Shown: positions 39,171-48,305 of the stretch, one piece after another
Position numbering within the stretch: the first letter of the stretch is position 1
Layout of the letters: every line of letters begins with the position of its first letter
Source: a virus
Lineage: Duplodnaviria > Caudoviricetes
Direction: 5' to 3' (one strand)
IMG/VR virus record: IMGVR_UViG_3300032373_001148
Span: 1-57,158 of that record
DNA: 57,158 nt
Made by a program: the position numbers and the translations under genes
Notes under the pieces: generated by a model
What the model was told of the DNA's origin: nothing
Database searches by the model: none
What the model saw: only the letters and a program-made list of their open reading frames with translations

Positions 39171-40666
39171 TACGATCTGTCCTCTTCGTGTATTTCAAGG
39201 TTGGCGAAACGCTGATAGCCAGGGTGGAAGGCCAGTGTGACCTTTCCCGTCCTGCCTTTGCGGTTCTTTTCGATCAGGGCGTCCGCTATGCCCTTGGCGG
39301 CTTTCATTTGGTCCTGCCATTGATCCATACGCAGCGCGAACTTTGATGCATCCTCGTCTTGACGCTGGCGAGGCTCCTTGCGTTCCAAGTAGTATTCGGG
39401 TCGATAGATGAACATCACCACATCTGCATCCTGCTCAATCGAGCCACTGTCTCTCAGATCGGCCATCCTGGGCACGGGCGGATCGCGTTGCTCCACAGCC
39501 CGCGACAACTGCGAAAGAAGGATCACCGGAACCTGCAACTCCTTGGCCATGTTTTTGAGCGCCTTGGTCATGGCCGAAACTTCGTTGACGCGCCCATCTG
39601 ATTTGCCGTGGGGCGCATCGATCAATTGCAAGTAGTCGACCACGATGGCACCAATGCCCCACTTGCGTTTCATGCGCAGGGCGTGGGCTTTCATCCGCGC
39701 CACGGTCATGCCGCCTCGGTCATCGACAAACAACGGCACATTGATCAGGTTTTGACCGGCCTCCACAACATCTGAAAACTGGCGGTCATCGTAATATTTA
39801 CCCGTCTCCATAAAATCGGCCGGAACGTTTGACGTGGACGCAAACAAGCGCTCATAAAGCTGCTCTGCCGACATCTCCAAGCTAAAGAACAGAACCGGGG
39901 CGCCCTCTTCCCCCCCGCTGCGTTGATGGGCCTGGGCACAGTTGTAGGCAATGGTGGTGGCCAGCACGGTTTTGCCCATAGACGGACGTCCGGCAATGAT
40001 GATCAGGTCCGTATCGCGCAGGCCCCGAAGAACCCTGTCGAGCTGCACCAACCCGGTTGAATGGCCCAACAGGCGTCCCGGGTGCTTCTTGCGGTCTTCA
40101 ATGTCCTTGAGAACATCCATGATCACTTCGCCGCGGCCGCGCATCTGTTGGCTGACACTATCGCCCGCCAAGTCAGACAATTCGCTTTCCGCATTTTCAA
40201 TGTGGCCATCGATCGGCACGTCATCGTTTTGATCATAGGCACAATTCACGATGTTCTGACCGATATGGATCAACTCACGGCGCTTGTGCAGGTCATAGAT
40301 GATGCGCGCATATTCACCGGCGTTTACCAACGTCACCACGCTGCACGCCAGTTCCACCAGATACGTCTTGGTTATGAGCCCGTTTTCATCAGAGATTGTC
40401 CCCGCCAGCGTCACGGGGTCGACCATGCGCCCGGCACCGATCGCCTCTTTCATCACATCGAACAGTTTGCCATGCTCCGGGACGGCGAAGTGTTCACCCC
40501 GCAACGCATCGCTGATCCGCTCAATGATTTTATTGTCGGTCATCAAGGCGCCAAGAAGCGCCTTCTCGGATTCGATGCTATGGGGAAGCTGTCGATAAGA
40601 TGGCTCACTGTTTCCATATTCAGGGCCTTCCGGAAGCATGTCGTTATCGTGGGTGAAATCATTCAT
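39170..40666 (-). CDS. dnaB: Replicative helicase DnaB
   Basis: AGRPSMGKT, VDYLQL, LSQLSR, DLRDSGSIEQDAD. Confidence 0.95.
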   Translation of the reverse strand: MNDFTHDNDMLPEGPEYGNSEPSYRQLPHSIESEKALLGALMTDNKIIERISDALRGEHFAVPEHGKLFDVMKEAIGAGRMVDPVTLAGTISDENGLITKTYLVELACSVVTLVNAGEYARIIYDLHKRRELIHIGQNIVNCAYDQNDDVPIDGHIENAESELSDLAGDSVSQQMRGRGEVIMDVLKDIEDRKKHPGRLLGHSTGLVQLDRVLRGLRDTDLIIIAGRPSMGKTVLATTIAYNCAQAHQRSGGEEGAPVLFFSLEMSAEQLYERLFASTSNVPADFMETGKYYDDRQFSDVVEAGQNLINVPLFVDDRGGMTVARMKAHALRMKRKWGIGAIVVDYLQLIDAPHGKSDGRVNEVSAMTKALKNMAKELQVPVILLSQLSRAVEQRDPPVPRMADLRDSGSIEQDADVVMFIYRPEYYLERKEPRQRQDEDASKFALRMDQWQDQMKAAKGIADALIEKNRKGRTGKVTLAFHPGYQRFANLEIHEEDRS

Positions 40667-41018
40667 GATGCACCCCCACACTGGCGAGAATGCGTTTGCA
40701 CGCCGCATCGGTCTGACGATTTAGGGACCTGTATATACGCACCATGTCGACATAGACATTAGGGGTGGGCGCCCCGCCATTGATCATGCGCTTAAACTTT
40801 TGAACCGGGATTTTGCCCTTGGCTTTGTTGCAAAAGGCACACGCCGCAGCGATGTTCTTTGCGTCCGTACCTCCCAGAGCCTTGGGTTTGACATGATCTG
40901 CAGTGACGTCATCGCGTTTGATCTTGGATAGGCAATAGGCGCATTTGCAGTCTTGACGGGCCCACGCCTTATCGCGGGCAATTTTCATCCAAGAATAATT
41001 TTTATGTCCGCCCTTCAT
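40659..41018 (-). CDS. HNH endonuclease
   Basis: CAYC...DHVKPKALGG...NIAAACAFCNKAK. Confidence 0.85.
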   Translation of the reverse strand: MKGGHKNYSWMKIARDKAWARQDCKCAYCLSKIKRDDVTADHVKPKALGGTDAKNIAAACAFCNKAKGKIPVQKFKRMINGGAPTPNVYVDMVRIYRSLNRQTDAACKRILASVGVHHE

Positions 41019-41383
41019 GATGCACCCCCGTCCAGTCCGGGATACTTCAACATCGGCATGGAAAAGTTCTTCAGAACTACGTTCGCGGCCCGGATCACTT
41101 CAATGGTTGTTGTCGGCTGACCATCCAGACGCCAGCCCCCAGCTGTGGCTGTGTCTTCAACGGCGCGGCCCATCAAGATGATCACCGCCCGGTCACTGGG
41201 GGTCAGTTTTTCCCCAAGCATGGCCCCGCTCAGCATGGCGTAAATGGCGCTTGTCACCGCCGCCGGAGGCCAGCCGATCTTCTGCATATCCGCTGAAATG
41301 GTGTCACCATCCACACCACGCGCCACCATGGAAAACAGATGGTTCTGGGCATGCAGGGTGAAGGCGTCGACGGGTTCGGTCAT
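41015..41383 (-). CDS. Hypothetical protein
   Basis: Coupled ORF. Confidence 0.55.
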   Translation of the reverse strand: MTEPVDAFTLHAQNHLFSMVARGVDGDTISADMQKIGWPPAAVTSAIYAMLSGAMLGEKLTPSDRAVIILMGRAVEDTATAGGWRLDGQPTTTIEVIRAANVVLKNFSMPMLKYPGLDGGAS

Positions 41384-41943
41384 TCTGCGGCCTCCAGGGG
41401 ATTGAATTTACCGACTTCATTGCCCCAGGCAGTCCATCCGGTCCGCTCGCATTGGCGCGCAAACACTTCGAGGTACGGGCCATCCCATAACCCTTCGATC
41501 AGGCCATACGTGGACTCTGGTTTGCGAGAATGCTCCCTGGCCATAGCTTCAATGTAATTGCGGGTGCTGCGGTTCCTGATGATTGGCTTGCCGCGGGTGC
41601 CAACCAAAAACGGCTCCGTCGCAGAACGAAAAATGTAACCGGTCCCAAAAGCTGTTTTGCCGTGCTTTGTCGTTTTGCGCCACGCACCGCCTGACTTGTA
41701 GGTAAACCCCCACGCCGCCATCAAATCCAATGCGACATTGATCATCGGCCACGTTGCCCACATGAAGCATACGCAATCTGGGGCACCGATCATGCCAACC
41801 GGTATGCGCTTGAGATCATCGACTCCCATACAAGCGTAATGAGATTGCGCGCTTTTTTTCTCGCCCTTCGATGAATACAATTTGAAGGACCACGGAGGGT
41901 CTGCGTAAATCACCCCAAAGTTACCAGATGGAAAGGTCATCAC
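41380..41943 (-). CDS. MT-A70 family adenine methyltransferase
   Basis: VIYADPPW, FMWAT, REHSRKP, LEVFAR, WGNE. Confidence 0.9.
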   Translation of the reverse strand: MMTFPSGNFGVIYADPPWSFKLYSSKGEKKSAQSHYACMGVDDLKRIPVGMIGAPDCVCFMWATWPMINVALDLMAAWGFTYKSGGAWRKTTKHGKTAFGTGYIFRSATEPFLVGTRGKPIIRNRSTRNYIEAMAREHSRKPESTYGLIEGLWDGPYLEVFARQCERTGWTAWGNEVGKFNPLEAAE

Positions 41944-42437
41944 TTCCGCCCCAATGCTTCATTGGCGATATCTGCCGGGAAGGTGATATTTGCGCCCTTA
42001 TCCGCCGCAAACTGTTCCATGCGGTTGAGATATTCAGTCATCTGTTTGGTGTTGAAATCCGTGGTGCTGGTCAGGCGCACAATTTCGCGCCTCAAGGCAT
42101 CCGCTTGGATCTCCATTCCAGACTTACGCACCTCCTTGACCGCAGCAACCATCTCGGCATATTCCGCGTCGTCGCGGATCAGGATGGGCACGGCGAAGTC
42201 GGCCTTGGCGATTTCATGAAATTCGTCCTTGGTGTAGCCAAGATATTCGCCAATCTGGGTATTCCAGAGCCACTGCAACCGCTGTTGCTTGGCAGAGCGG
42301 TTTTCCTTGTATGGCTCGATCGTAATCAGGTGTTGAGAAAGCAGGTCCAGCCCCTTGTAGGCCTCCTGCAATCCAAGATAAGCCTTTTGGTGACTCTGGG
42401 CGTCGGCACCGCCGATGATGAAGGTCTGCTTGCTCAT
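41940..42437 (-). CDS. NinB/YbcN-like protein
   Basis: RSAKQQRLQW, STTDFNTKQMTEYL. Confidence 0.7.
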   Translation of the reverse strand: MSKQTFIIGGADAQSHQKAYLGLQEAYKGLDLLSQHLITIEPYKENRSAKQQRLQWLWNTQIGEYLGYTKDEFHEIAKADFAVPILIRDDAEYAEMVAAVKEVRKSGMEIQADALRREIVRLTSTTDFNTKQMTEYLNRMEQFAADKGANITFPADIANEALGRK

Positions 42438-42814
42438 GGCGCATCCCTCCGCACCACGGTTCCATCAAGCTTCTTTTTCAGGTTCGGGTTGCTCAGCGGA
42501 CGTGAGGCCCACTTGTGCTTGGATTTATGAGGGGCTTCGTTCTTGCGCTTGATCCGCTTGCTCTTGGCGATTTCATAGAGATCGGCGCCAAGTTTGCTAT
42601 TCCCGCCAAATGTCTTCAGGGCGTGGCAATGCACATGGCAAGGGCCGATGTTGTCATCATCATCCGTTCCACCACGGCCAAGGGCCAGCTTGTGGTCATA
42701 TTCGACCTTGTCACCCGCCTCGAACGCCACTTCACAGCGATAGCACTTGCCGTCATGGGCTTGCAGGATGCGCGCTTTGCGCGCCGGGGTCATGGATTTG
42801 CGTTTGTCGGTCAT
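42434..42814 (-). CDS. HNH endonuclease
   Basis: CYRC...DHKLALGRGG...NIGPCHVHCH. Confidence 0.85.
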   Translation of the reverse strand: MTDKRKSMTPARKARILQAHDGKCYRCEVAFEAGDKVEYDHKLALGRGGTDDDDNIGPCHVHCHALKTFGGNSKLGADLYEIAKSKRIKRKNEAPHKSKHKWASRPLSNPNLKKKLDGTVVRRDAP

Positions 42815-43254
42815 GATGCCGGTGCCTCCATAATCTTATGAATGCTGACAACCAGGCGCGGTCGGGGGCTGAATTTTTTCTCAGCGCTCAACTGCACCAC
42901 TTGGGAGTCATCGCCGAACACAATCTTGTTAAGGCCATCAAGGGCGGCCTTAATGAAGTTGTCCACGTCGGGGCGCGAGGTCGGGTGCTCATGGCCCAAT
43001 TCAGCGGCCATGGTTTTCTTTTTCGACCAGCTTTTCGGAATAGGCAGATAAACGGTAATAGCTACGTTAAGCGGTCCGTCTATCGGTGCCCCCCCGTTCA
43101 TGGCTTCTCCGGCTGCCAGTTTGATCAGATTTTCATAGCTTCTGGTTTTCGCTGGCGTGAAAGCACAGGCATGTCCGCCCATATCTGTTCCGATCCTGGG
43201 GCGCCCCTTGGCGACGGGCGCGCCGGGTATGGTGATGGTGATCGGCGCGCCCAT
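42811..43254 (-). CDS. rusA: RusA Holliday junction resolvase
   Basis: PDVDNFIKAALDGLNKIVFGDDSQV. Confidence 0.92.
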   Translation of the reverse strand: MGAPITITIPGAPVAKGRPRIGTDMGGHACAFTPAKTRSYENLIKLAAGEAMNGGAPIDGPLNVAITVYLPIPKSWSKKKTMAAELGHEHPTSRPDVDNFIKAALDGLNKIVFGDDSQVVQLSAEKKFSPRPRLVVSIHKIMEAPAS

Positions 43255-43257
43255 AAC

Positions 43258-43779
43258 TCAAGCCGCCTCTTCGCCAGCGCCGAAGCCTTGACCCTTGTCC
43301 ATCACGGAATCATCTTCAACGTCCAACAGGGATGGTTGATTTGGATCAGGTTCGGGAATTTCACCGCCCATATGGGATTCAGCGTCGGCCACAACCAACA
43401 GCACACGCCGACCAACATGGTCCATCATCGTATGACGCTGCGCATCGCTGCGCGGCATGGTGATTTTGAATTCCAACGGTTTGGCCACGTCGCCGGGAAC
43501 TTTACCATCACCCAACGTGGCATATACGACCTTGCGGCCATCGGCAGCAATGATGTTGACGGTTTGGCGCGCTGCGTCTTCAGCCGCAGAATGCGCGGCA
43601 TCAATCCATCCGCGTTGTTCTTCTTCGGTCATTTGTTCCCACGTCTTATTGAGATGTCGGACGCGGTCGATTAGCCATGTGGCCAAGTTTCCAGAAACCG
43701 TATCCGCCGCTTTAATGACGGTATCATCCGAAGGACCGTCTACAGCTTCATCGGAGGTATCATGGGTGTCTGTGGTCAT
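43258..43779 (-). CDS. Hypothetical acidic protein
   Basis: WEQMTEEEQR motif; RBS present. Confidence 0.6.
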   Translation of the reverse strand: MTTDTHDTSDEAVDGPSDDTVIKAADTVSGNLATWLIDRVRHLNKTWEQMTEEEQRGWIDAAHSAAEDAARQTVNIIAADGRKVVYATLGDGKVPGDVAKPLEFKITMPRSDAQRHTMMDHVGRRVLLVVADAESHMGGEIPEPDPNQPSLLDVEDDSVMDKGQGFGAGEEAA

Positions 43780-43790
43780 GGGGGTTCTCC

Positions 43791-43920
43791 AAAAAAGACG
43801 CCCCGCCGATCCGGCCTAAGCCGAACCGACGAGGGCGCGAGTTAACAGGGAGGCTTCACGTCTGGGAGACGTGCGGAAACAACCGGGGCCCGGAATGGGA
43901 GGGGGGTTGGTGCCCCGGTT
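43791..43920 (-). ncRNA. Candidate sRNA with CUCCC-loop hairpins (cuckoo-like)
   Basis: Two hairpins with CTCCC loops, a third CCTCCC and a terminator. Confidence 0.45.
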
Positions 43921-43989
43921 GCGTCCTGGTCTTCGGCACTATGAGCAATGCCGAAGAGGGTGATGCCGTTACGGCAAATTTCTGGGGTG

Positions 43990-44505
43990 TTACGCATGTT
44001 CTTCCCCCTGCCCTTCAAGGGCGTGTTCCAACATGGCCAGTTGGTGCTTGAGCTGGGGCAGCACGCTTGTCAGGCTTTCAATAGAAAGGCTCTGGGCGGC
44101 ATGGGCGCTGTCGCTTTCGACCATGGTCAAGCCCATAGGCGCGAACAGTTCCGTCGCAAACTCAGGACCGAAGAACGCGATCAAGCGAAACAGGTTTTGT
44201 GAACTCGGCGCCGCACCGCCCATGTAGTTCTGAATGGTCTTGGTATCGACGTTGATCAAAGAAGCCAACGCATCGACCGCATAGTCCCGGCGAAGCCCAA
44301 CACGGGACGCCAGGGCCCGCTTCACAATGCTTCCAACGGTTTCCGTGGTGATGTCCGGGGCGCGGAGAAAATGATTACCGCTTTTCCCTGTGGGATGAGC
44401 CAGTGCGCCGTGAACACTATAGGAAGACACAAGCTGAAGCTCTTCAAGTTCAGCAAAGCGCTTGATCACTTCAATCAGTTCACGAAGTTTGTTTGCACGG
44501 TTCAT
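43990..44505 (-). CDS. HTH protein in the CII-like position
   Basis: VDALASLINVDTKTIQNYMGG HTH-like; start uncertain. Confidence 0.55.
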   Translation of the reverse strand: MNRANKLRELIEVIKRFAELEELQLVSSYSVHGALAHPTGKSGNHFLRAPDITTETVGSIVKRALASRVGLRRDYAVDALASLINVDTKTIQNYMGGAAPSSQNLFRLIAFFGPEFATELFAPMGLTMVESDSAHAAQSLSIESLTSVLPQLKHQLAMLEHALEGQGEEHA

Positions 44506-44521
44506 TAAAGGACACCCCCAT

Positions 44522-44762
44522 CATGACCGCCACACAACACAGCAACGTTGTCCCGCTGTTTGGACAAAACCCCAACCTCAACCACATCGATCTGCTCAAT
44601 CTGGCCCGCGCCAACGTGCTCTATGCCGCCGCCGATCTGTGCCGCGCCGCGCTGGACGCCAAAGACCGCCACGCTGTCACGCTGGCGCAATCCATCATTT
44701 TGCAGATCAGGACATTTGGCGAGGAAGGCGGTCATGCTGCGGATTCCCCTTCCTGCTCTTGA
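44522..44762 (+). CDS. Small hypothetical protein antisense to the cro operon
   Basis: AAGGA RBS; NVVPLF motif; competes with minus-strand ORF 44505..44735. Confidence 0.4.
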
Positions 44763-44986
44763 GGGGCATCAAAGAAGTCGTCTGGGCAAAGGGCGATATC
44801 TTCGTCTTGAGCTTTTCTTAAGAGCGTCTGCTGATGTTCCGCAGGGATCAGCCCACCGGTGCCGCCACGACTCTTCGGATAGGTCATCCGATAAACTCTG
44901 GAAATGCTGAGGCCAAGCCATTCAGCTACGGTTTTATAACCACCGCATTTTGTAATAACTCGACTGGCAACAAGGGATGTCTGCAT
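44732..44986 (-). CDS. cro: Cro-like HTH protein
   Basis: GGYKTVAEWLGLSISRVYR...GGTGGLIP; divergent from cI. Confidence 0.8.
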   Translation of the reverse strand: MQTSLVASRVITKCGGYKTVAEWLGLSISRVYRMTYPKSRGGTGGLIPAEHQQTLLRKAQDEDIALCPDDFFDAPQEQEGESAA

Positions 44987-45007
44987 GCTTAAAACTCCTC
45001 TCCTGTA

Positions 45008-45094
45008 ATATTGCTAATTTCGCAACTAATTTGTCAACACAAAAGTTGCGCTATTAGCAAAAGACGGAAAATGAGAATCTTGCGATAATGGAAA
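45008..45094. promoter_or_regulatory. OR region: PR/PRM and operators
   Basis: TTGC-N7-GCAA at 45011..45025 and 45046..45060, degenerate copy 45080..45094; minus-strand TTGACA at 45032..45037. Confidence 0.75.
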
Positions 45095-45095
45095 T

Positions 45096-45818
45096 ATGAA
45101 AAATCACTGGATACAAACACGCATCAGGCAACTTAAGGATGGTGGCATCAAAAAGAACCAAGCTGGCCTTGCTAGAGCCCTTGGCGATGACACCACGGTT
45201 GTCACCAAAATCATTGGAGGCAGACAGATCCAGCCGGATGAATTCAGTGTGATTGCTGAATATCTAGAGTTATCAATTTCTGATGTTGTTGCTTTGGCAT
45301 CCGGTCAAATTCTGCCAGAAAAATTTAACACCCACGATCATTCAACAGAAAAAAAACAAAATAATGCTACAAATCGGGCACAACCTCTAGGTATAACCAC
45401 ACCCGTATATGCACCGAGAAAGATACCAATACGAAGTATCGCTTCGGCAAACGCATCGGAGGGTGAAATTATGATCGTAGAAGATGCTGTTGATGAAGTT
45501 CCTTGCCCACCGGGCTTGCACGGTGTTAGGGACCTATATGCAATTGAAGTATCAGGTGATTGTATCAATGATATTTGGAAGCACGGAGATCCTGTCTTTG
45601 CTTCACCAAACATAGCCCCTAGGAAAGACGACGTTGTTGTTTTTACTTTAAAAAATGGAAAAGGCCAGCAAGAGGCTTACGTTAAAATTTTGGTTCATTA
45701 CGACGATAAGGATCTTGTTGTCAGGCAAACCAATCCAGCAAAGGAAATGGTCTATTCCTCAAAGGATATCTATGAGGTGCATAGGGTTTATTCATACCGT
45801 GAGTGCATTAAAGGCTGA
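45096..45818 (+). CDS. cI: CI-like repressor (HTH + S24 peptidase)
   Basis: N-terminal HTH; C-terminal YAIEVSGDCI...AYVKIL. Confidence 0.85.
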   Translation: MKNHWIQTRIRQLKDGGIKKNQAGLARALGDDTTVVTKIIGGRQIQPDEFSVIAEYLELSISDVVALASGQILPEKFNTHDHSTEKKQNNATNRAQPLGITTPVYAPRKIPIRSIASANASEGEIMIVEDAVDEVPCPPGLHGVRDLYAIEVSGDCINDIWKHGDPVFASPNIAPRKDDVVVFTLKNGKGQQEAYVKILVHYDDKDLVVRQTNPAKEMVYSSKDIYEVHRVYSYRECIKG

Positions 45819-45874
45819 TCCAGCCCCCCACTTCGGTGGGGGGATAGCCTCCCCTCCTAATCAAAAGCAATCAA

Positions 45875-46282
45875 TCAATTTTCAGAACGCTTCACAAGCA
45901 AGTTGGCCTGGGCATTTGATAAATATTTTTTGTGCTCATCAAGTTGCCATTTCATAAGATCCACGATTTCTCGCTCTATACGCAATTCCTCTTTGATGTC
46001 GTGTGCGGCCATCAATCGCGCCTCACCAGGCTCAACACCCTCCGCAATATAATCAAAATAGGCGGCTCGGACTTTATTTACCCTACTATCGACCAAGATT
46101 CTGAGTGAAATGGCGCTAGATTTATAATTTGCCTCAGTGATTTTTACACCTTCCTGGGCCTCCTTCACCTGATCCTCCCAATACCCAACGGGATCGATGG
46201 CTTCTTTTACCCGCTCTACATTAAATTTCGCGATGGCGGCAATCAACACCAGCGCCAACACAACTAAAAATTTATGTCTCAT
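45875..46282 (-). CDS. Membrane-anchored hypothetical protein
   Basis: N-terminal hydrophobic helix; AT-richer DNA; immunity region. Confidence 0.6.
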   Translation of the reverse strand: MRHKFLVVLALVLIAAIAKFNVERVKEAIDPVGYWEDQVKEAQEGVKITEANYKSSAISLRILVDSRVNKVRAAYFDYIAEGVEPGEARLMAAHDIKEELRIEREIVDLMKWQLDEHKKYLSNAQANLLVKRSEN

Positions 46283-46348
46283 AACCCCCTCATATAATTA
46301 CGAGTTTTCCCGTAAAAAAAGGGTAGCGATTATCTAAATTCAAAAATA

Positions 46349-46400
46349 TTGCTATTTTAGCAAATTTATTATTGACAATTAATTGCTATAATCGCAAACT
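46349..46400 (+). promoter_or_regulatory. OL region: PL promoter and operators
   Basis: TTGCTATTTTAGCAA (46349..46363), TTGCTATAATCGCAA (46383..46397); TTGACA-N17-CAAACT. Confidence 0.75.
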
Positions 46401-46431
46401 CTCCTCTATCAACCGATGGAGGCAGTTCAAC

Positions 46432-46797
46432 GTGCACATCACCACCCAAGCGCAACACGACAAGGCCGTTATTGAGCAGGCCAAGGCGGATTATGCAAAG
46501 AACCCGTCCGCTGGACCGATGGTCAATCCCTTCGTGAATATTTTCGAAGGATGGGATTGGCGCCGCAAGGCTGGTTTCTATGAAGCCACCATGCACGAAA
46601 CATTGATCGACGCCGCCATTGATGCGCTTGAACCACATTACCGCTGCACCGTGATGTTTGACCTTGCTGCGGGGACGGTCACCCCGATGGACCTGTCCAG
46701 GTACGGCGACCAGATTGACCAAGAGCGCAAGACGGAAGTCGCTGCTGATCGTCGATACAACGACGAAGCCACCTCCATCTACCGTCAGAGAGCGTGA
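46432..46797 (+). CDS. Hypothetical protein, first early-left gene
   Basis: GGAGG RBS before GTG. Confidence 0.6.
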   Translation: MHITTQAQHDKAVIEQAKADYAKNPSAGPMVNPFVNIFEGWDWRRKAGFYEATMHETLIDAAIDALEPHYRCTVMFDLAAGTVTPMDLSRYGDQIDQERKTEVAADRRYNDEATSIYRQRA

Positions 46798-46804
46798 GGT
46801 AGCC

Positions 46805-47116
46805 ATGTCCCACCGCATTCACCAAAGCCTAAGTCGTGTGTTGCGATTCCCCCTCGCCGTGCCGGTTGGCCGCAATGTCGGGCCGCAATTTAACGATAGC
46901 GTTGATCCGGCACTGCCAAGCGATCCCTACGAGATTGAAGCCTTGTACTCCAAGGCCGTGGTCCACTTGCGCCAGTTGGTTGAGCGGGATGGCACGGCCC
47001 CCGACGCCGCGCTTAAGACCGTGATCGCCGAAAACCTGCTGGGCCTTGCCCAAATCAACCAACTCGAAACCCAGGCCCGCGCGCGCTACGCCGCTCAGGC
47101 TATAGCCGCAGAGTGA
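46805..47116 (+). CDS. Hypothetical protein
   Basis: GAGGT RBS. Confidence 0.55.
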   Translation: MSHRIHQSLSRVLRFPLAVPVGRNVGPQFNDSVDPALPSDPYEIEALYSKAVVHLRQLVERDGTAPDAALKTVIAENLLGLAQINQLETQARARYAAQAIAAE

Positions 47117-47126
47117 GGACAAGCCC

Positions 47127-47297
47127 ATGGGAACCCCTCGCCACCACCAGCACATAGATCAATCCTTCTCTCTGTCGGATCACCTTAACGACTGCCTGAA
47201 CTGTCGTGGGCTTGTGCTCGGTATGTGCTGCATCTCTCTGCTCGGAGCACTCGGCACCTTTGCGATCCTGTTTTATGCGGGAGCGCTGTCGCTATGA
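47127..47297 (+). CDS. 56-aa membrane peptide (absent from the ORF track)
   Basis: GAGGA RBS, C-terminal TM helix, ATGA overlap with the next ORF. Confidence 0.5.
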   Translation: MGTPRHHQHIDQSFSLSDHLNDCLNCRGLVLGMCCISLLGALGTFAILFYAGALSL

Positions 47298-47446
47298 AAC
47301 GCATTTCCTTCAAATGGCTGAAAGACCTTCTGAGCGGCCTGTACAAGCCGAGCGCAAATATCGGCCCCTGTCACTGCCCGCGCTGCACGGAATCCCCTGA
47401 CGTCTTCGAACAGCGTCTGAGCGCCATGAGAAAGGCAGGTCTGTGA
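47294..47446 (+). CDS. Small Cys-rich protein
   Basis: CHCPRC; coupled to neighbours on both sides. Confidence 0.45.
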   Translation: MKRISFKWLKDLLSGLYKPSANIGPCHCPRCTESPDVFEQRLSAMRKAGL

Positions 47447-47712
47447 TGGCACATGAACTCACCGTTGACCCGGCCCTGTACGCCAGATGCGTTCGGGAAT
47501 GCCTGGAAGCCTTCTCGATGGGTCGCAAGGATGAGGCAAGCGTGCTCGCCATGACCGCGGGCGTTGATGCCGGCGTCCTTGGCCTGGACCTGTCCGAGTG
47601 CCCCTTCGCTCAACCGGATTGCAGCGTCAAGAACCTCGAACTGCAATGGAAATGGGGCCACTCCGCAGCCAGAACCGTCAACGACAACCGCGAGCAAGGG
47701 AGGCTTTTGTGA
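47443..47712 (+). CDS. Hypothetical protein
   Basis: Coupled ORF. Confidence 0.5.
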   Translation: MMAHELTVDPALYARCVRECLEAFSMGRKDEASVLAMTAGVDAGVLGLDLSECPFAQPDCSVKNLELQWKWGHSAARTVNDNREQGRLL

Positions 47713-47789
47713 TCCCTCCTCGTAACGAAATCACCCCCGGTAGCGTGGCCTATGTACGTTGCCTTACCAACAAAGATAGGAACCCTCAA

Positions 47790-48305
47790 ATGAACTACAG
47801 CACAGCAATTTTTCTGATCAACAAGGACGTTCGCGCAATCGCCGTGACGTATGAAAAAATTGATCTGAACAAAGACACCACGCAAATGAAGTATCAACCG
47901 GCATACCTGTCGGGCGGAAAGCTGCCGGTCGGCGCAGTGGTCTTCAAAACGATGGACCAGGACATTGACGTCAATGATTACGTCATCGTTCCGACCGACA
48001 CCCGCCACGGCATGACGGTCTGCAAAGTCGTCGCAACCGACATCGAAGTCGATTTTGAAAGTGATCAAGAATGCCACTGGATTGTCGGCACCGTGAACAC
48101 GCACGGGTTTGAACAAATTCGCCAGCAAGAAGAAAAGGCGATCCTCGCCATCAAGGCCGGTGAAGTGAAAAACAAGCAAGACAAGCTGCGCAACGACATG
48201 CTGGCGGCATTGGGTGACCACGCCCTGGACATCCCGATGCAAAACGTCATCGAGCATCACCCTGCCCCTGCTCCCGAACAACCACCCACCCCTGAAACTG
48301 AATAA
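47790..48305 (+). CDS. Hypothetical phage protein
   Basis: Biased codon use; VNDYVIVPT...WIV motif. Confidence 0.6.
   Translation: MNYSTAIFLINKDVRAIAVTYEKIDLNKDTTQMKYQPAYLSGGKLPVGAVVFKTMDQDIDVNDYVIVPTDTRHGMTVCKVVATDIEVDFESDQECHWIVGTVNTHGFEQIRQQEEKAILAIKAGEVKNKQDKLRNDMLAALGDHALDIPMQNVIEHHPAPAPEQPPTPETE

Noticed and set aside
44991-45028. Partial gapped (NNx) match of the guide dinucleotide string to this phage's own cro promoter
   Set aside because: Only 14 of 26 positions match, which is expected by chance in 57 kb on two strands; I could not do an exhaustive search.
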